DNA from: Catajapyx aquilonaris
Lineage: Eukaryota
DNA length: 51,970 nucleotides
Reading direction: 5' to 3'
NCBI GenBank assembly: GCA_000934665.2
Contig: JYFJ02002733.1
Coordinates: 1 to 51,970 of the forward strand
In this document: one piece after another, positions 24,454 through 37,143 of the stretch
Layout of the letters: each line of letters starts with the position of its first letter
Numbering within the stretch: position 1 is the stretch's first letter
Position numbers and translations under genes: made by a program
Notes under the pieces: model-generated
Database searches by the model: none
What the model was told of the DNA's origin: nothing
The model's input: only the letters and a program-made list of their open reading frames with translations

Positions 24454-24718
24454 GATTACGACTGCTGTGATGAAAAGACTCTGTTCTCCTAAAATCAACT
24501 CTCCACAGCCCTCCAAAAATACAATGTTTGGTGTTTTTTACAATGTTATTTTTGAGTGGAATGGTTACATTGATTGTGTTTATAACCCTTAAAGTGCTAT
24601 TACAAGTTATTTAAGACAATTTCTAATTCTCCCAAAATAAAAAAAGATGTCCACTATATACCAAGTTTTTGAGCGGAATGACACAGCAGGAACAAGCACA
24701 TGCCCCTCTTTGCATTCT

Positions 24719-26879
24719 TCAACCTTTGAAGTTGTCCTTTTCCTTGCGGATGGCTGCCATTGTTGCAATATCATCTGTTTCTTTAGCATGGGCTTGTACA
24801 GTTGCTTCTCCAACTCTCATGAATGGATTGTAGCTTTTCTCTTCACCTGAAATATTGCCAGTTAGGTGTGTTACTGTCACAAATCGGTTGTCTTTCCTCA
24901 TCTTTTATTTATGGGAATGCTAAACTATTTATGGTTATAACTGGTACTTTTCATAGCTATTCAGTGGAAATTTGAACCACCTGGTGATGTAAATGAGGGT
25001 TATTCAGTGAAGCCTGGCAATTTTTCTAGACCTTTGCTCGCATTTGCTGATATTAGATGAAGACCTCGGGGGAAGAACAATCAAGGTCCACATCAGGGAA
25101 GACTTACATATTCCAATTTGAAATTTCAAAGGCCCATAAGGTTCTATTGTATATCCCACTTTCGAGGCCTTCCATATTGGACTATGAGCCACAACCACGA
25201 GCAAACCACGAGCAAACCACCAGATTCTTGGCTAGTGAGATATGTAGTAATGTAGAACTCATTTTTGACAAAAAGTGGACCTTGATTGTTCTTGCCCCGA
25301 GGTATTCAGATATTAAGTGCTGTGTAATCGCTTGCAGCAGATTGAAAATAACAAAATCGGGTTGTATTGATTATGCTACCAATTTAAAATGCAATGCCGG
25401 TCAAGTGAGAGGTACCCTCTTCAAACACTGAAAGTGTATTTTGGTGCCCAGTATATGAAGTGCACCGTACTCACCAATGGTAGATGGCACTGATGGTAGA
25501 CCCTGGTCCCTTTGCTGTTGTGCCCACTTCAATTTGGCCTCTACACTGCTATTGTTGGGTTCCACTTGTTTTCCAAACTTAAGATTCTGTAAGGCATACT
25601 CATGACCACAAAACACCAGCGTGTTGTCTGGGAGAGATCCCAGAACTTGTATCAAGGCTTGATGCATCTGATCTGCTGTGCCTTCAAAGAATCGACCACA
25701 GCCCCCCAAAAAGAGAGTATCGCCAGTGAAAACCATAGGCTCTTCCTCGTTTTTACCAGTCAGTCTGTAGCAAATGTGACCTGACGTATGACATGGAGTT
25801 GCGAAGCAGGTAATATTCATGCCGCCAACTGCAATGTGCTCGTTATGTGTGACTGTACGTGTCAGGGCTTGAACACGTCCATCACCACCTAGAACTTGCA
25901 ACCCTGGGATATGTTTGCACAACTCTTCATTCCCTCCTGCATGATCCCAGTGATGATGGGTGGTCAATACAGTGGATAACCTGACCCCTTCAGAAGTAGC
26001 CTTAGCCTGCATGGAAGCAGGATCAACTGGGTCAACAGCAAGGGCTTCTCTGGTTGCTTCATCCACAACTAGATACATGTAATTATCTTTCAGAGCAGGG
26101 AGTACATGTACTCTAACCCCACTCACATTACGGACAGATTCCTGGCTGTGCATCCCACGACCGAAGCTCTGGGCTGGAATGACACAACAGAGTTAGATCA
26201 GTTTAATCGTGCTATAAGTCAAATAATTTCCGCATGGATTTATCCATCATGCAGAAAATGATTCATTCATTGCATTCTGAGTGAGAATGGTAGGCATACA
26301 TCTTATCTCGTCTTTGCAGCCACTTTTTTCCCCATAAACATTGGTGCATAATTTACCACTACTGTTAAAATTTAAAAATCACACGCTTTATTAATGCACC
26401 AGTGTGACAAAAATTAGGTGAACAAGCTATGAAAATCACAACCTTTTTTGATCCCCGGAGAAAATAATATGCCACAAAACCTGTCTAACGTCTAACCTCA
26501 ACCTGGACACAATCGCAGACATGCCAATAAAAGGGTGAGATGTCCCCCATGGAAAGTATTGGACAATGCCTGAGTACAATACGTTATGTCAGAAGGTCGA
26601 CGGTGTCACCTAAATTGTAACAAGTTAACAACAGGGCAGGGTTTTTGACATATGCCCTTGACCAAGGAGAACCCGGTTCCAGGTCATGTAGTGCATTCAG
26701 GTCCTGTAGTCTGTAGTGTAACACCAACACGTGCCCAACACGTAGGCCTACGTACAAATGTACAGGCCTATGCTGAGTAAAAAAATAGGAAGAAAGGTCC
26801 AGTTGTCACCTCTGAAGTAAATCCCAGTCAGAGTCTGCGTCACTCTCTGTGGCAGGAGTCGCTCGGCTAATCCCAGCAT
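24719..26879 (-). CDS. HAGH: Hydroxyacylglutathione hydrolase (glyoxalase II); complement(join(24719..24846,25475..26173,26810..26879))
   Basis: [22 protein letters not shown] metallo-beta-lactamase motif, [37 protein letters not shown]-terminal [10 protein letters not shown]. The first exon encodes [23 protein letters not shown], a leader-like peptide. Confidence 0.96.
25058..25308. mobile_element. Small inverted-repeat element in HAGH intron 2
   Basis: tgaagacctcgggggaagaacaatcaaggtccac / gtggaccttgattgttcttgccccgaggtattca; a related arm occurs at ~45820-45866. Confidence 0.6.
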
Positions 26880-27381
26880 TCGAATGTCGGTCACCAGCAG
26901 AAGAAATGGACGACGACGCACTTACTTGAAATGGCTTCTCCCCTTCCCATATATATTACGTCACGCCGGGGAGACACACATCCAATAAAAGTGCATGTGA
27001 CTTGCGAGATAATGACTGTGCACTTCAATGCTTCATGATGCTAAATAATGCAATAAAAGAAGTTTCGTAAAATTACCATGCAGCCTAATGACACGGCCTC
27101 GTACAGGACTCAGCAGATTACAAACATTTTTTTCCCATACCGTACCTAATGAATGGCATAATGAATTAACACTTTCATAGGACAGAAATAAAATTAGACG
27201 ACACATTTGCTACGATGATCTGCAACTAGGGGGATCACTATAGAGATACTATGCAAATAAAGTCCTATTTTGTTTTAAAAAAATAGCAATAACTGTTTTA
27301 TTTATTATCACTCGGCATGCCCTTGTTTCCTCCTGCCTCCACGTATGTACATTACACCAAGAGCTTGATTACACTCTTCAA

Positions 27382-29348
27382 TTAGTCGTACTCTGAACCC
27401 ACAGTAACAGAAACATTGCCTGGATGAATGTATGTTGTGTGGAACCACAAATTCGTATCAACCAGAACTGAAAATAAGGAGAAAATCGTTAAAAATATGA
27501 CTGTAAATTTATTCTCAACATTAAAAAGTCATTTCATATTAATATTAGCAAGAATGCACATACCAATATCACCGACTTCTGCTGTAAAATTTACTCCAAC
27601 ACACTGAGATTCACATTCAAGAGGGGGTTGAAGGAGCCAGGACTTACGTCCTGCTAGCTGTGCCTGCCAACTTGGCCGACGGACATAATCAAGCTGTAAT
27701 TATCACAAAATTATTCAGAGAGTGAAAACTGGATTACTACAAATTTTGCAAGGTACCACCAGTAGTGTTATTACTATTAGTAACATGTACGTGCATGTAA
27801 ATGCACAATACACATTCTTTCCATCACTTTTATACACAAGGGAACATAATAATTATGGTAATAACTGGCTCAAAAACTGATGATTATGTTATAAACATGG
27901 TAAGACATCCTTACATGAAGAGCTGCTCCTGGACCAAATCCACCCACAAATAACCAGTCCAAAGCAGATGCCTCAGATTGTGGGGGCAGAAACTCTGGCC
28001 TCATGTACATTTCTCGCAACTGTTTCGAGATCTGCGGGTGGCAATTAGACCACCCAAAGTAAAATGGTGGTGATGCTGATGAAGCCCTTTTTGGGTCCAT
28101 TCCAAGAGCTTCAGAAAGAGATGCAAACTCTGATCCTAGTGGCAAGAACTGGCACTCTTCCTCTACAGCTTCTAATGCACCTGGAGTCTGAAAAGAGTAG
28201 GCTACTCATATACTAGAAATCATGATTGGATAATGCTGGATGGGGACATCTGGCATGAAATTGTAACTTTGCCATTTTTAAAAAAAATTAGTGCAAAAGT
28301 CTACAACAATATTAAGCAAATATAATTTGATTTCCACCAGTGTAAATATGCATCACTACATTAAATGCACAACATGGTGTATGTAGGACCTTCTGAAGTG
28401 GCGTAATCGCATGGTAAAATAAGTTCTGTTCAATTCTGTTACATTAGGGAGTCACCCGCCTGTGAACTGATATGCATTTGGCCCAATTTATCACATGTAG
28501 CTTCTATTGATTTCATTGGTGTGCAAGTTTCAGATGGATATGTTTTCTTTACTATACCAGTCCATCCTTCAGTCTGAACACTGAGGGAAAAGTTAACAAC
28601 TACTGCTTATAATAGTAATCACATTAATCATCATAAATAAAAAAATTATCAATGTTAGTGCATGGTAACCCTAAGCAATAGTGAAGTACCATGTACAGTA
28701 CAGTACACAAATAGCACAATCACTACCATATTTGTTATTGGTACTGATAAACATATGCTGAATGCGTTTTTCTTTTGCCAGGAAGGTGCATGTCTTCTGC
28801 ATAATTTCAAAATGATTATGCCGTACTTGTAGATATAACTTCTGCAGGAAGGGCAGGTCAATTGGAAGATGCAGAGCAGGCCAATCTCTTGCAGCTCCCC
28901 TTGCTACGGCTGGTCTGCCAGAGTATGCAATGGGCGCAAACCAATTGGAGGCCACTGCTGCATCAGCCCCAGGGGGAAGTTCAGCGGGTGATGTGTAACC
29001 TGCACAGAAGGAGCAGTCTGCAGGTGGTCGGAGGGCCTCCATCAGCAGGGCGGAACTGGGCACGAGGCAGCGACTTGACGGCCACAGGTTGTCTGCCCGC
29101 GTCCAGGTGACACTTGACAAGACCAAGGGAAGGACGATGCACGAAGACCACACTCCGATCCGCGTCCACGACGACGAGTCATCTCGTGTCCAGTCCCCTG
29201 CACTCTCATCGGCGGCACTGTGCCTGCCGTTGTGGGTGTGTCGTAGGGCGGCCTGGAGGAACTCCAGGCTGCCCCCCCTCTCCAGGCACCTCCTGAACAC
29301 CTCCCGACACTTCCTCTCCACTTCCTCTTCATCTGAATCGGCCGCCAT
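27382..29348 (-). CDS. Uncharacterised JmjC/cupin-like putative 2OG-Fe(II) oxygenase with an N-terminal hydrophobic segment; complement(join(27382..27467,27564..27693,27915..28187,28827..29348))
   Basis: In-phase GT-AG splicing gives YSGRPAVARGAARDWPA...PFYFGWSNC...DWLFVGGFGPGAALH|LDYVRRPSWQAQLAGRKSWLLQPP...GDIVLVDTNLWFHTT...GSEYD*, with the HxD...H triad and the cupin GxKxWxL motif. Confidence 0.85.
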
Positions 29349-29994
29349 GTTTTATCTTGCTCATTTTTCCCTTCAGATGGCTCACTTATCAGCGATGCTT
29401 CTGCTGCCATCAAGTGGAAAACATTCAGAGCAAGAGTCCCGCGTTCTTCAAATTGTTAGTAATTGCAGAGGTTTTCAGGTAACTGAACTGGTAATGTCCT
29501 CAACTGTGTTTCAGGCTTCTCATGACGACGACTGAAAATATTTCTGAATGCAACTAATACATTCTTGTGTATGTGATAGACGCAGGAATAGGCTATGTGA
29601 ATTGCAATTGACCTAAATCTGATTGTGATCTATTTCATTTCCACCTGGTGAAAAACTGAAAATGCTCAAAAGAATAGGGTGAAATAGACTGAGTTTTAAA
29701 AAATCCATTTTCAACATCGAAATTAGACTAAAATTCACTAATTTGTGAGTTCAAAAGCTTCAATCGCAGGCAAGTGTCACTCCAACGTCCAACCCAATGA
29801 CCGCAGCAAACTGTGGCGAATAGAATATGCAATGGGGGCGAATATTCCAGAGGCAAATATTGTCCGGCGGCGAAAGCTCTGCGAGGCATACTGCATAGCA
29901 GGTTCTAGAAACTTCTCTCTGCTTTTTTTCATTATTTATTTATTTATAATTCATACCGCCCCCGTTATCAGCTGGTGGCTCTTTAGTTTTTTTA

Positions 29995-30028
29995 TTTAAC
30001 CCCATGCGAAGAACGGGTCCCCAGCTAG
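29995..30028 (+). mobile_element. Helitron 3' end fragment
   Basis: Degenerate hairpin cccatgcgaagaacggg followed by CTAG|T. Confidence 0.5.
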
Positions 30029-30638
30029 TTAATAATATGGGAAAAGGACCACATCCATGTGTAAGAGAGAGGTCAGTTACACTTGTACAGAATTTATTGG
30101 TTCTGCTCTTGTTAGTTAGCAAGAACTTTACTCCCAAATTCTCTTTATCCCCCCCTTAAGTTGCTTGGCATATAGGCAGGCCATACTACCTTCCAAATTT
30201 CAATTGACGTCATTATTTTGCTTACCAACTCCTAGTCAATGGAAATGTGCTGTAAACAAACCGATCATGTCAATGGCAAGTCAGGCTGGACTGCCCATAT
30301 AACATGGAATCGGTACGAAAACAATAGCTCCACTTGCAACATTTCATTTCTATAAAAAAGGCTCCAGTGCCCCTGAGGTCAAGTTCTTTCCATAATCATG
30401 AAGAGCAGGACTCAAAAAGGCATGTGACATATGTACACTTTAACAATTTTATTATACACAATCAGGGAAGAAAAACAAATACTGGATAAACATAAAATGT
30501 ACAGTGGCACATTACTGCATGTGCAAGAAAGCCTGCACCTGAATAATCAACATAACATAGGTGGAATAATTTTGTGAGAGACAAGCAGGTGAGGCTGCAA
30601 GAAAATTATGAAACTGAGATGCCCAGATCAATAACTCT

Positions 30639-33304
30639 TCACTGATTCTTCCTGTTAGTTGCATCTTGATAGGTCGGAGGTGCCTCAAATCCCTGCAAAT
30701 ATAATAATTTATTAACATGTAAATGTAAAGATTCTGATGCCCACCATCTAATAATGAAACTTAGGTGGGGAGACGGAGTGGCGCCGCGGTAACGCGCGCG
30801 CCCACGGAAGTTAAGGTCCCGGGTTCAATCCCCACCCGGGGTTCCCACCTTCTTTCGTGCAGAGTTGGGCCATCTCTGGCTTCGTTTCGGGTGGCAATTT
30901 CCGGCAGACTAAGCCACCCGGGGGAGTTCACAAAATGACGATTAGAGACATTGCATTTGCACTTTGCACATCCCCTCCCACCCACCCTTGGAGCATACTA
31001 ATTAAGATTCTTCTTAAACTCGCTCCAAAAAACAAATTCCAAAGGTGGCAACCCACCCCCCCTAAGGAGTAGTATAACTCCCCCCGTGGGGTAATGAAAA
31101 AAAAAACAAAAAAACAAAAAAAAAATGAAACTTAGGTTACTTACATACTGTGGTGGCACATATGCAACACCAGGTTGGTTGGGATCATAGAAAGCGCTCT
31201 GTGGTGCAGCCCTCGCCATGCCATCTGAAAGTAAGCAGTTGCGTTAAGCTTACTTCCTACATGAGTTTACAACATAATTATATTTCTTTCGTTACGAAAG
31301 AGATGGTGTGATAAGAAATATGTGCCAATTTACAACTTCCAAACTACAGCGCAAGCGAAAGGGTCCAGAAAAGTAAACGTACTTTGCTGTTGTGGAAACC
31401 CATAATTGCCACCCAATCCTGGATATGGTGGGGGTACATCGGTGGCATACACTCCGCCTGGTGGAGGTGCATCAGGAAACACATGTGTAGGTGGAGCCCA
31501 TCCATAGTAACCTCCTGGTGGTGGGGCATATGCAGGTGGAGCCACTGGTGCATAGGCACCATCTGGGGCAAAATACGGTGGAGGAGGTGCATCCCAAGCA
31601 GCAGCTCCCATGCCTCCAGCTGGAGTAAACCTAATATTGCCAAAGTGGCAAAAGAATTGAGAGAAACACTTGATCAGCATAACTGGTAATATTTATGCTA
31701 CGGGCCACAGGACATAGCTAGAAGTATATGTCCCACACAGAATAAAATGCGACTTGAAGTTGTACAGTTGACTCCGGATATAACAGCCTTGGCTATAACA
31801 GACTCTCATGTCAGTTATGGCAGACTCAAAGTCTGGTCTCGTCATACTTACATTGTTCCATATATGGCCTGTGTATCTGGCTGTAACAGCCCTCGCTTAT
31901 TACAGAATGATTTCCGCAGTTCCTTGAAGTCTGTTACATCCGGAGTCTACTGTTCCTGTTCAGTGGGGCTTAAGGTCGGCCTATTTCTGCCGCTAAGGCT
32001 CAACACCGACGCCAAGGGGTGGTCCTCTTCCTGGAAATTTGGCCACTCTGGGGATCTTTAACGTGCACTCGCGCAATGTCACAAGCACATGGGATCGACG
32101 GCTATACTTCCCCTCCGAAGGAAGGCGCGCTCTCACTTTTCTACCACCAGGAGAAAAATCACCGACCTTGGCCGGGTTCGAACCCACCACTTTGGGACCA
32201 GAGGCGAGCGCGCTAACCACCAGACCACCAAGGTCGGTATCCGGAGTCTACTGTGGTACTGTATACTAGTAAAATTATGCAGGTGAATTGTTGTCACATC
32301 ATATTATCCATATCTCATATTGAAAATTTAAACAAGTATTTTCCATGTATCAAAATAACTCAGCATAACTCCATTGCAGGGAAGTTTCTGCGAGTTTCTG
32401 TCTCCTACGCCAAAGACCTGTCTGGCTTGGGAGACCCTGCCAGTAGAAATGGTTGTCTATAACCAAAATACAGTGAAAAATAAATTGGCTAAAACTGGAG
32501 TAAAAATACACATGGCCTACCGGAACCAGCCTTTCAAGTTGGCTATAACTGGCGCGAGTGTTGCTTACAGCCGAGCTTTTATATCTAGAATAAACTGTAA
32601 TTATAAGCCCAAACACACCTTGTCTTTGCAAGTTGAGCAGCTGCCATCATGGCCTGTCCAAACTCAATGGCACCTCCAACCTTGAAGTGCAGCTTGAACT
32701 TGGCCTCACCTGTCCACCCTCCCTGAGGCTGAGCCTTCACTTTCCCCTTGATGAAGTTGGCCCCAAAAACCGGCTGCTCAATTTCTACTTCACTTAGGGT
32801 GCAGAAAGGCATGCTGAATGACTGCAATGGGTCTTTGCCATCCTCATTGTTGAAAAGCAGGCGATGTGTGGTCAGATACAGGCGACCAGACTTGGAGGAG
32901 CGAAACTCTGGGCCTGACTGACCACCAAACTCGAGTTTCACACTCTTACAGAACAAGAGGATGCTGAAACAAGATAAACATTATTAACACCGGCCATGTT
33001 GGGTGCGTAAACCTGCCCCTCCTACCCTACCCCTTTCCAGCGGTGGGGTAGGGGCGGCAGATTACGCACCGCCTTACGCACTGCCTATGGGCGACAAATA
33101 TGCATCAGTCTGGCAGACTGATGCAGATGATAATACTGCGACTTTAAAACTGGTATGCTTCCATAGCATGTGTCAGTCACAAAATGGTTTTGGACAGACA
33201 TGATTTCGGTTTGGTCAATTCTGCCGTCCTCCTGCTACGCATACGTACCACTCCCCAGCATGGATGAGAACCCCCCCGTTGGCGTGACAGTTGTTGAGAG
33301 CCAT
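30639..33304 (-). CDS. WBP2: WW domain-binding protein 2; complement(join(30639..30692,31145..31224,31383..31630,32619..32963,33249..33304))
   Basis: MALNNCHANGGVLIHAGE; GRAM/PH domain GRLYLTTHRLLF...EQPVFGANFIKG...GGAIEFGQAM; PPxY motifs (PPPY, PPAY, PPTY); all splice phases consistent. Confidence 0.95.
30767..31123 (+). mobile_element. tRNA-derived SINE (family C) with poly(A) tail
   Basis: Box A tggcgccgcggt and box B ggttcaatccc; A-rich tail; 14-bp TSD aatgaaacttaggt at 30753-30766 and 31124-31137. Confidence 0.9.
31765..31952. mobile_element. Tigger/pogo-type MITE
   Basis: TA|cagttgactccggatataacag ... ctgttacatccggagtctactg inverted termini. Confidence 0.75.
31954..32238 (-). mobile_element. 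tRNA-derived SINE with Deu/Nin-like domain (family A, copy 2)
   Basis: Reverse-complement homolog of 5720-6007; 16-bp TSD atccggagtctactgt at 31938-31953 and 32239-32254. Confidence 0.9.
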
Positions 33305-33708
33305 GACGGTAAGACGTCGAAGGCCGGCTGTCGGTGTGGAATGGACTAGAACACCGTCCCTACAGCGCAGCAACCAAACGAAGAGAAGTGACAGAACGCG
33401 AGCAGCAGATGACACTGCGTGACGTCAGAGGTGGTCACGAGTACATGACGTCACAGGGGGGGGGCGCATTCGGATATTCCTCTGCCCCCCTTCCCCTTCC
33501 TCCCAGTTGGCTGGCGCTGGCGGCGGGAGAATTGGATGGAGGGTGAGCCAGCTGCAGGGGTTTCGAGGGCAGGGGCAGGTCAGGGCCGGGTCAGATCTTG
33601 GATCCCGTTGCCTCACGCCGGGACGATGGAAGGGGTAAAGTACACCAGACCCCCTCCTCTTCCTAGTGCCACCACTATCAGTCGCCTTGGAGACAGTGGA
33701 GAAGAGAC
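33305..33708. promoter_or_regulatory. Bidirectional promoter WBP2/HGD with two CRE palindromes
   Basis: TGACGTCA at 33420-33427 and 33446-33453; GC/CpG-rich; ~400 bp between the divergent ATGs. Confidence 0.65.
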
Positions 33709-36282
33709 ATGACGGAGGTGCAAGGGGATCTCACGGTAGGGCCATACTTTACATGACTCATTCGTAAAGGTATTCGTTAAGGCTGGGAATGTCGACATCA
33801 AATTAGGTTGTTGACTGCAGCTGCAATCTATGTTATGGGATTCGTCATTATTGCAATCTCTTCAACTGATGAGTCTCGCAGGTTATGACATGCGAGAGAT
33901 GAGTAGTTACAGCATTGCATTCATACACTGATGCACACCTAACCACAATCATTCTGATATGTAACTATTATGTATGTCACTTACGCCTGATATCACATAT
34001 CTTTGCATTATAGTACCTAACTGGATTCGGCAGCGAGTTCGCTTCGGAGGATCCTCGCTGCCCCGGATCTCTGCCCAAGGGTCAAAACAACCCGCAAAAG
34101 TGCCCGTATGGACTCTACGCGGAGCAGCTCTCCGGGACTGCTTTTACGGGTAAGTCACCGATGCACATTTTTTTCACACGTCAAAAGTAACGCATGATAG
34201 ATAGTCTGGTATCTTCGTATATTGTTCATGTTATCATCTGAAGGCAGTGATGGCTGTATAGTCGACAGATCACAAGTGAGTGCGATAACGGGTGAAGGGG
34301 TCATCATAGCTTGATTTCCACATACAAGAACGATATGCCGGATATGCCACTTGCGACTCATCGCGTTATTGTACCGTTGAATGCCTTTCACCGTATAGTA
34401 GCCCATAGCCGTGGCTCGTAACGGTCTCATGCTCTCCATCAGCTCTCAATCACTGATTGTGAGTGCCAGTTAGAAACCAAAAATAGCACCATATATAATG
34501 AGAACAAAATAATCTATTGCAATGACTGGAATGAATCGTCCATATTCCCCAAAATTGTGCTGTTTCAGCTCCTCGCGACAGCAACCGCCGTACATGGCTG
34601 TACCGCATCCGTCCGTCCGTGCAACACGAGCCCTTCCAGCCTGTGACCCACGAGGGCGTGTCGGCCCCATGGGCAGACCCTACACCCAACCAACTGCGAT
34701 GGCAGCCTTTCCCTCTGCCACCTGAGGATACCAAAGTCAACTGGGTCATGGGACTTCGACGCGTGTCCGGAGCCGGCGAAGAAAAATCGAAGAACGGTCT
34801 TAACATTTACGTGTATGCTTTTAACCAGCCAATGAACGACTCCGCATTTTATAACTCTGATGGGGACCTTCTTATAGGTAGGCTATATTGTACAGTACTG
34901 CCCAAGTACTGAACGTAGTTCATGGCATGTGATTCTTGCGCAGTTCCCGAGAAGGGCTCATTGCTCATGACGACGGAGCTGGGGCGCATGCGAGTCGAGG
35001 CGCAAGAAATCGCGGTTGTGCCCCAGGGCATGCGGTTCGCCATTGACGCAGCGGTACGGAGCGAGACGTGCAGAGGATACATCTTGGAAGTGTTCGACGC
35101 TCACTTCCGACTGCCGGACCTGGGTCCCATCGGCGCCAACGGACTGGCCAACCCGAGGGACTTCCTCCATCCGACGGCTCACTTTGAAGACCGCGCCATT
35201 CATGGATTCCGGGTGCTGGCCAAGTTCCAGGGAAAGATTTTCCAGGCGCGCCAAGACCACAGCCCGTTTGACGTCGTGGCCTGGCATGGAAACTACGTGC
35301 CCTACAAGTACGACCTCCGGAGGTTCATGACCGTCAACGCCGTCGCTTTTGATCACTGCGCAAGTATTATTTTCATTTGGACGATATTGGACTAAAAATG
35401 GCCGCCAACTATGGGTGTGCGCAACCTGTGATATCGACATCATGCGGCGGGAGGGGGACTCAAAATATACGAGTACTTGCTCCAGCCAGGAACTTGTTAT
35501 TGTTTAGAATTTCGCTTGCTACAGGACACTGATTGCAAAGTGCTGCTATCATATTGCAGGACCCATCCATCTTCACGGTGCTGACCTGCCAGTCTACACG
35601 GCCTGGTGTTGCCATAGCAGACTTTGTCATTTTCCCACCCAGATGGGCTGTGTCTGAACACACTTTCCGTCCACCATACTTCCACCGTATGTGAAAATAT
35701 TTTAAAATCCAATGGTACATTCACCTGATCCATTTATTTGTGTCCTTTCAAGGTAACTGCATGAGTGAGTTCATGGGTCTGATTGTGGGGAGCTATGAGG
35801 CAAAAGGAGATGGGTTTAGACCAGGAGGAGCTTCTCTTCATCTTCCCATGACTCCTCATGGCCCAGATGCAAGCTGCTTTAATGCAGCTTCCACAATGCA
35901 GTTGCAACCATCTCGAGTTGCAGATGGAACAATGGCAAGTATCTGCATTAGTCCAGAAAAAGGCCACACACCTATATTGCCATCACCTTACCCACTTGAA
36001 TTGATGACATCAGACATATATTCCATTGCATGTACAGCAAGCATACATGTTCACATAATTATGCTGTCATCCTGTCTCATTACTTACCATTGCTTTAAAT
36101 CTGCATAAGTCTGAGAAGCAGCTGCATTAATTTTCTATTTTATTTGCCAGTCCTTTATGTTTGAGACTTCACTCAACCTTGCTGTTTCCAAATGGGCAAT
36201 GGAATCATGCCAAGCTCTGGACAAGGATTACTACAAATGCTGGCAGACTCTGCGTAAGAACTTCAAGCAAGAAGAACCATAA
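33709..36282 (+). CDS. HGD: Homogentisate 1,2-dioxygenase; join(33709..33735,34014..34149,34569..34877,34944..35359,35560..35686,35753..35934,36151..36282)
   Basis: [89 protein letters not shown]. Introns 4 and 6 use GC donors. Exon 1 is the least certain. Confidence 0.95.
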
Positions 36283-37143
36283 TCAAGTTACATTACTGAC
36301 AGATTCAGAAAGAAAACAATGTAGAAGACTTTGGGATTTATTTCTAACCAAGGTAATAAATATATATCAGACATTGAATTCTCTCATTACAATAAATTAG
36401 TTAACATTAAAATTTGGGACACTTGTAACAATAGGAACAGAAATAAATATGGTATTTGTCAAACTCTCATTTGAAATAAATTATAGTATCGTGTTAAATT
36501 AATCTGACCACAGAATGACCAAAAATAAATAAAAATCACTGGAATTAAAAATTGAATCTGACTTAGTCTCAAAACTTCAATTACTTATCTTGAAAATAAA
36601 TAATATAACAACTGACACTTTGAACATCCCAATCTCATAAGAGACCCTGAGATCACAACTCACATCTGTTGAGGTAGCAGCCATATCACATGAACACAGG
36701 ACGTATATTAAATTCATATAACGAGGACGTTTAACACACCAAACATTTAAAATGAATCATTTAACCATAACCCTAAAAATTATTAAACAAAACTATGAAC
36801 ACATTTAGCATGTGGACAATCCAACACACACCAACTATTGGCCACAATGACATTTGAAATAAATTAAATTTTAACGTAATCTTAAATTAGTGGCAACAGA
36901 GTAAGATATAAATAAAAATCATATCGCTCACAAATAAAATATTGCTCTTAAGCTCAGGTACCACTAAGTTATCCAGGAAATAGATATCATAACTAACATT
37001 TTGAAAATACAAAAAACTTGTTTACAAAGAACCTTTCAGACTAAAATTCACAGCCATTGAGGTAATAGGGAATAATATCATTTGAACACAAACTTTTAAC
37101 ATACTCCAGTAATCAGGAGTACTCAGCCATCTGGGCACTTGCA

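Noticed and set aside
33626..33634. ATG GAA GGG|gtaaag as HGD exon 1
   Set aside because: Possible, but MTEVQGDLT|gtaggg (33709-33735) aligns better with the conserved .L.Y..GFG start. Not excluded as an alternative.
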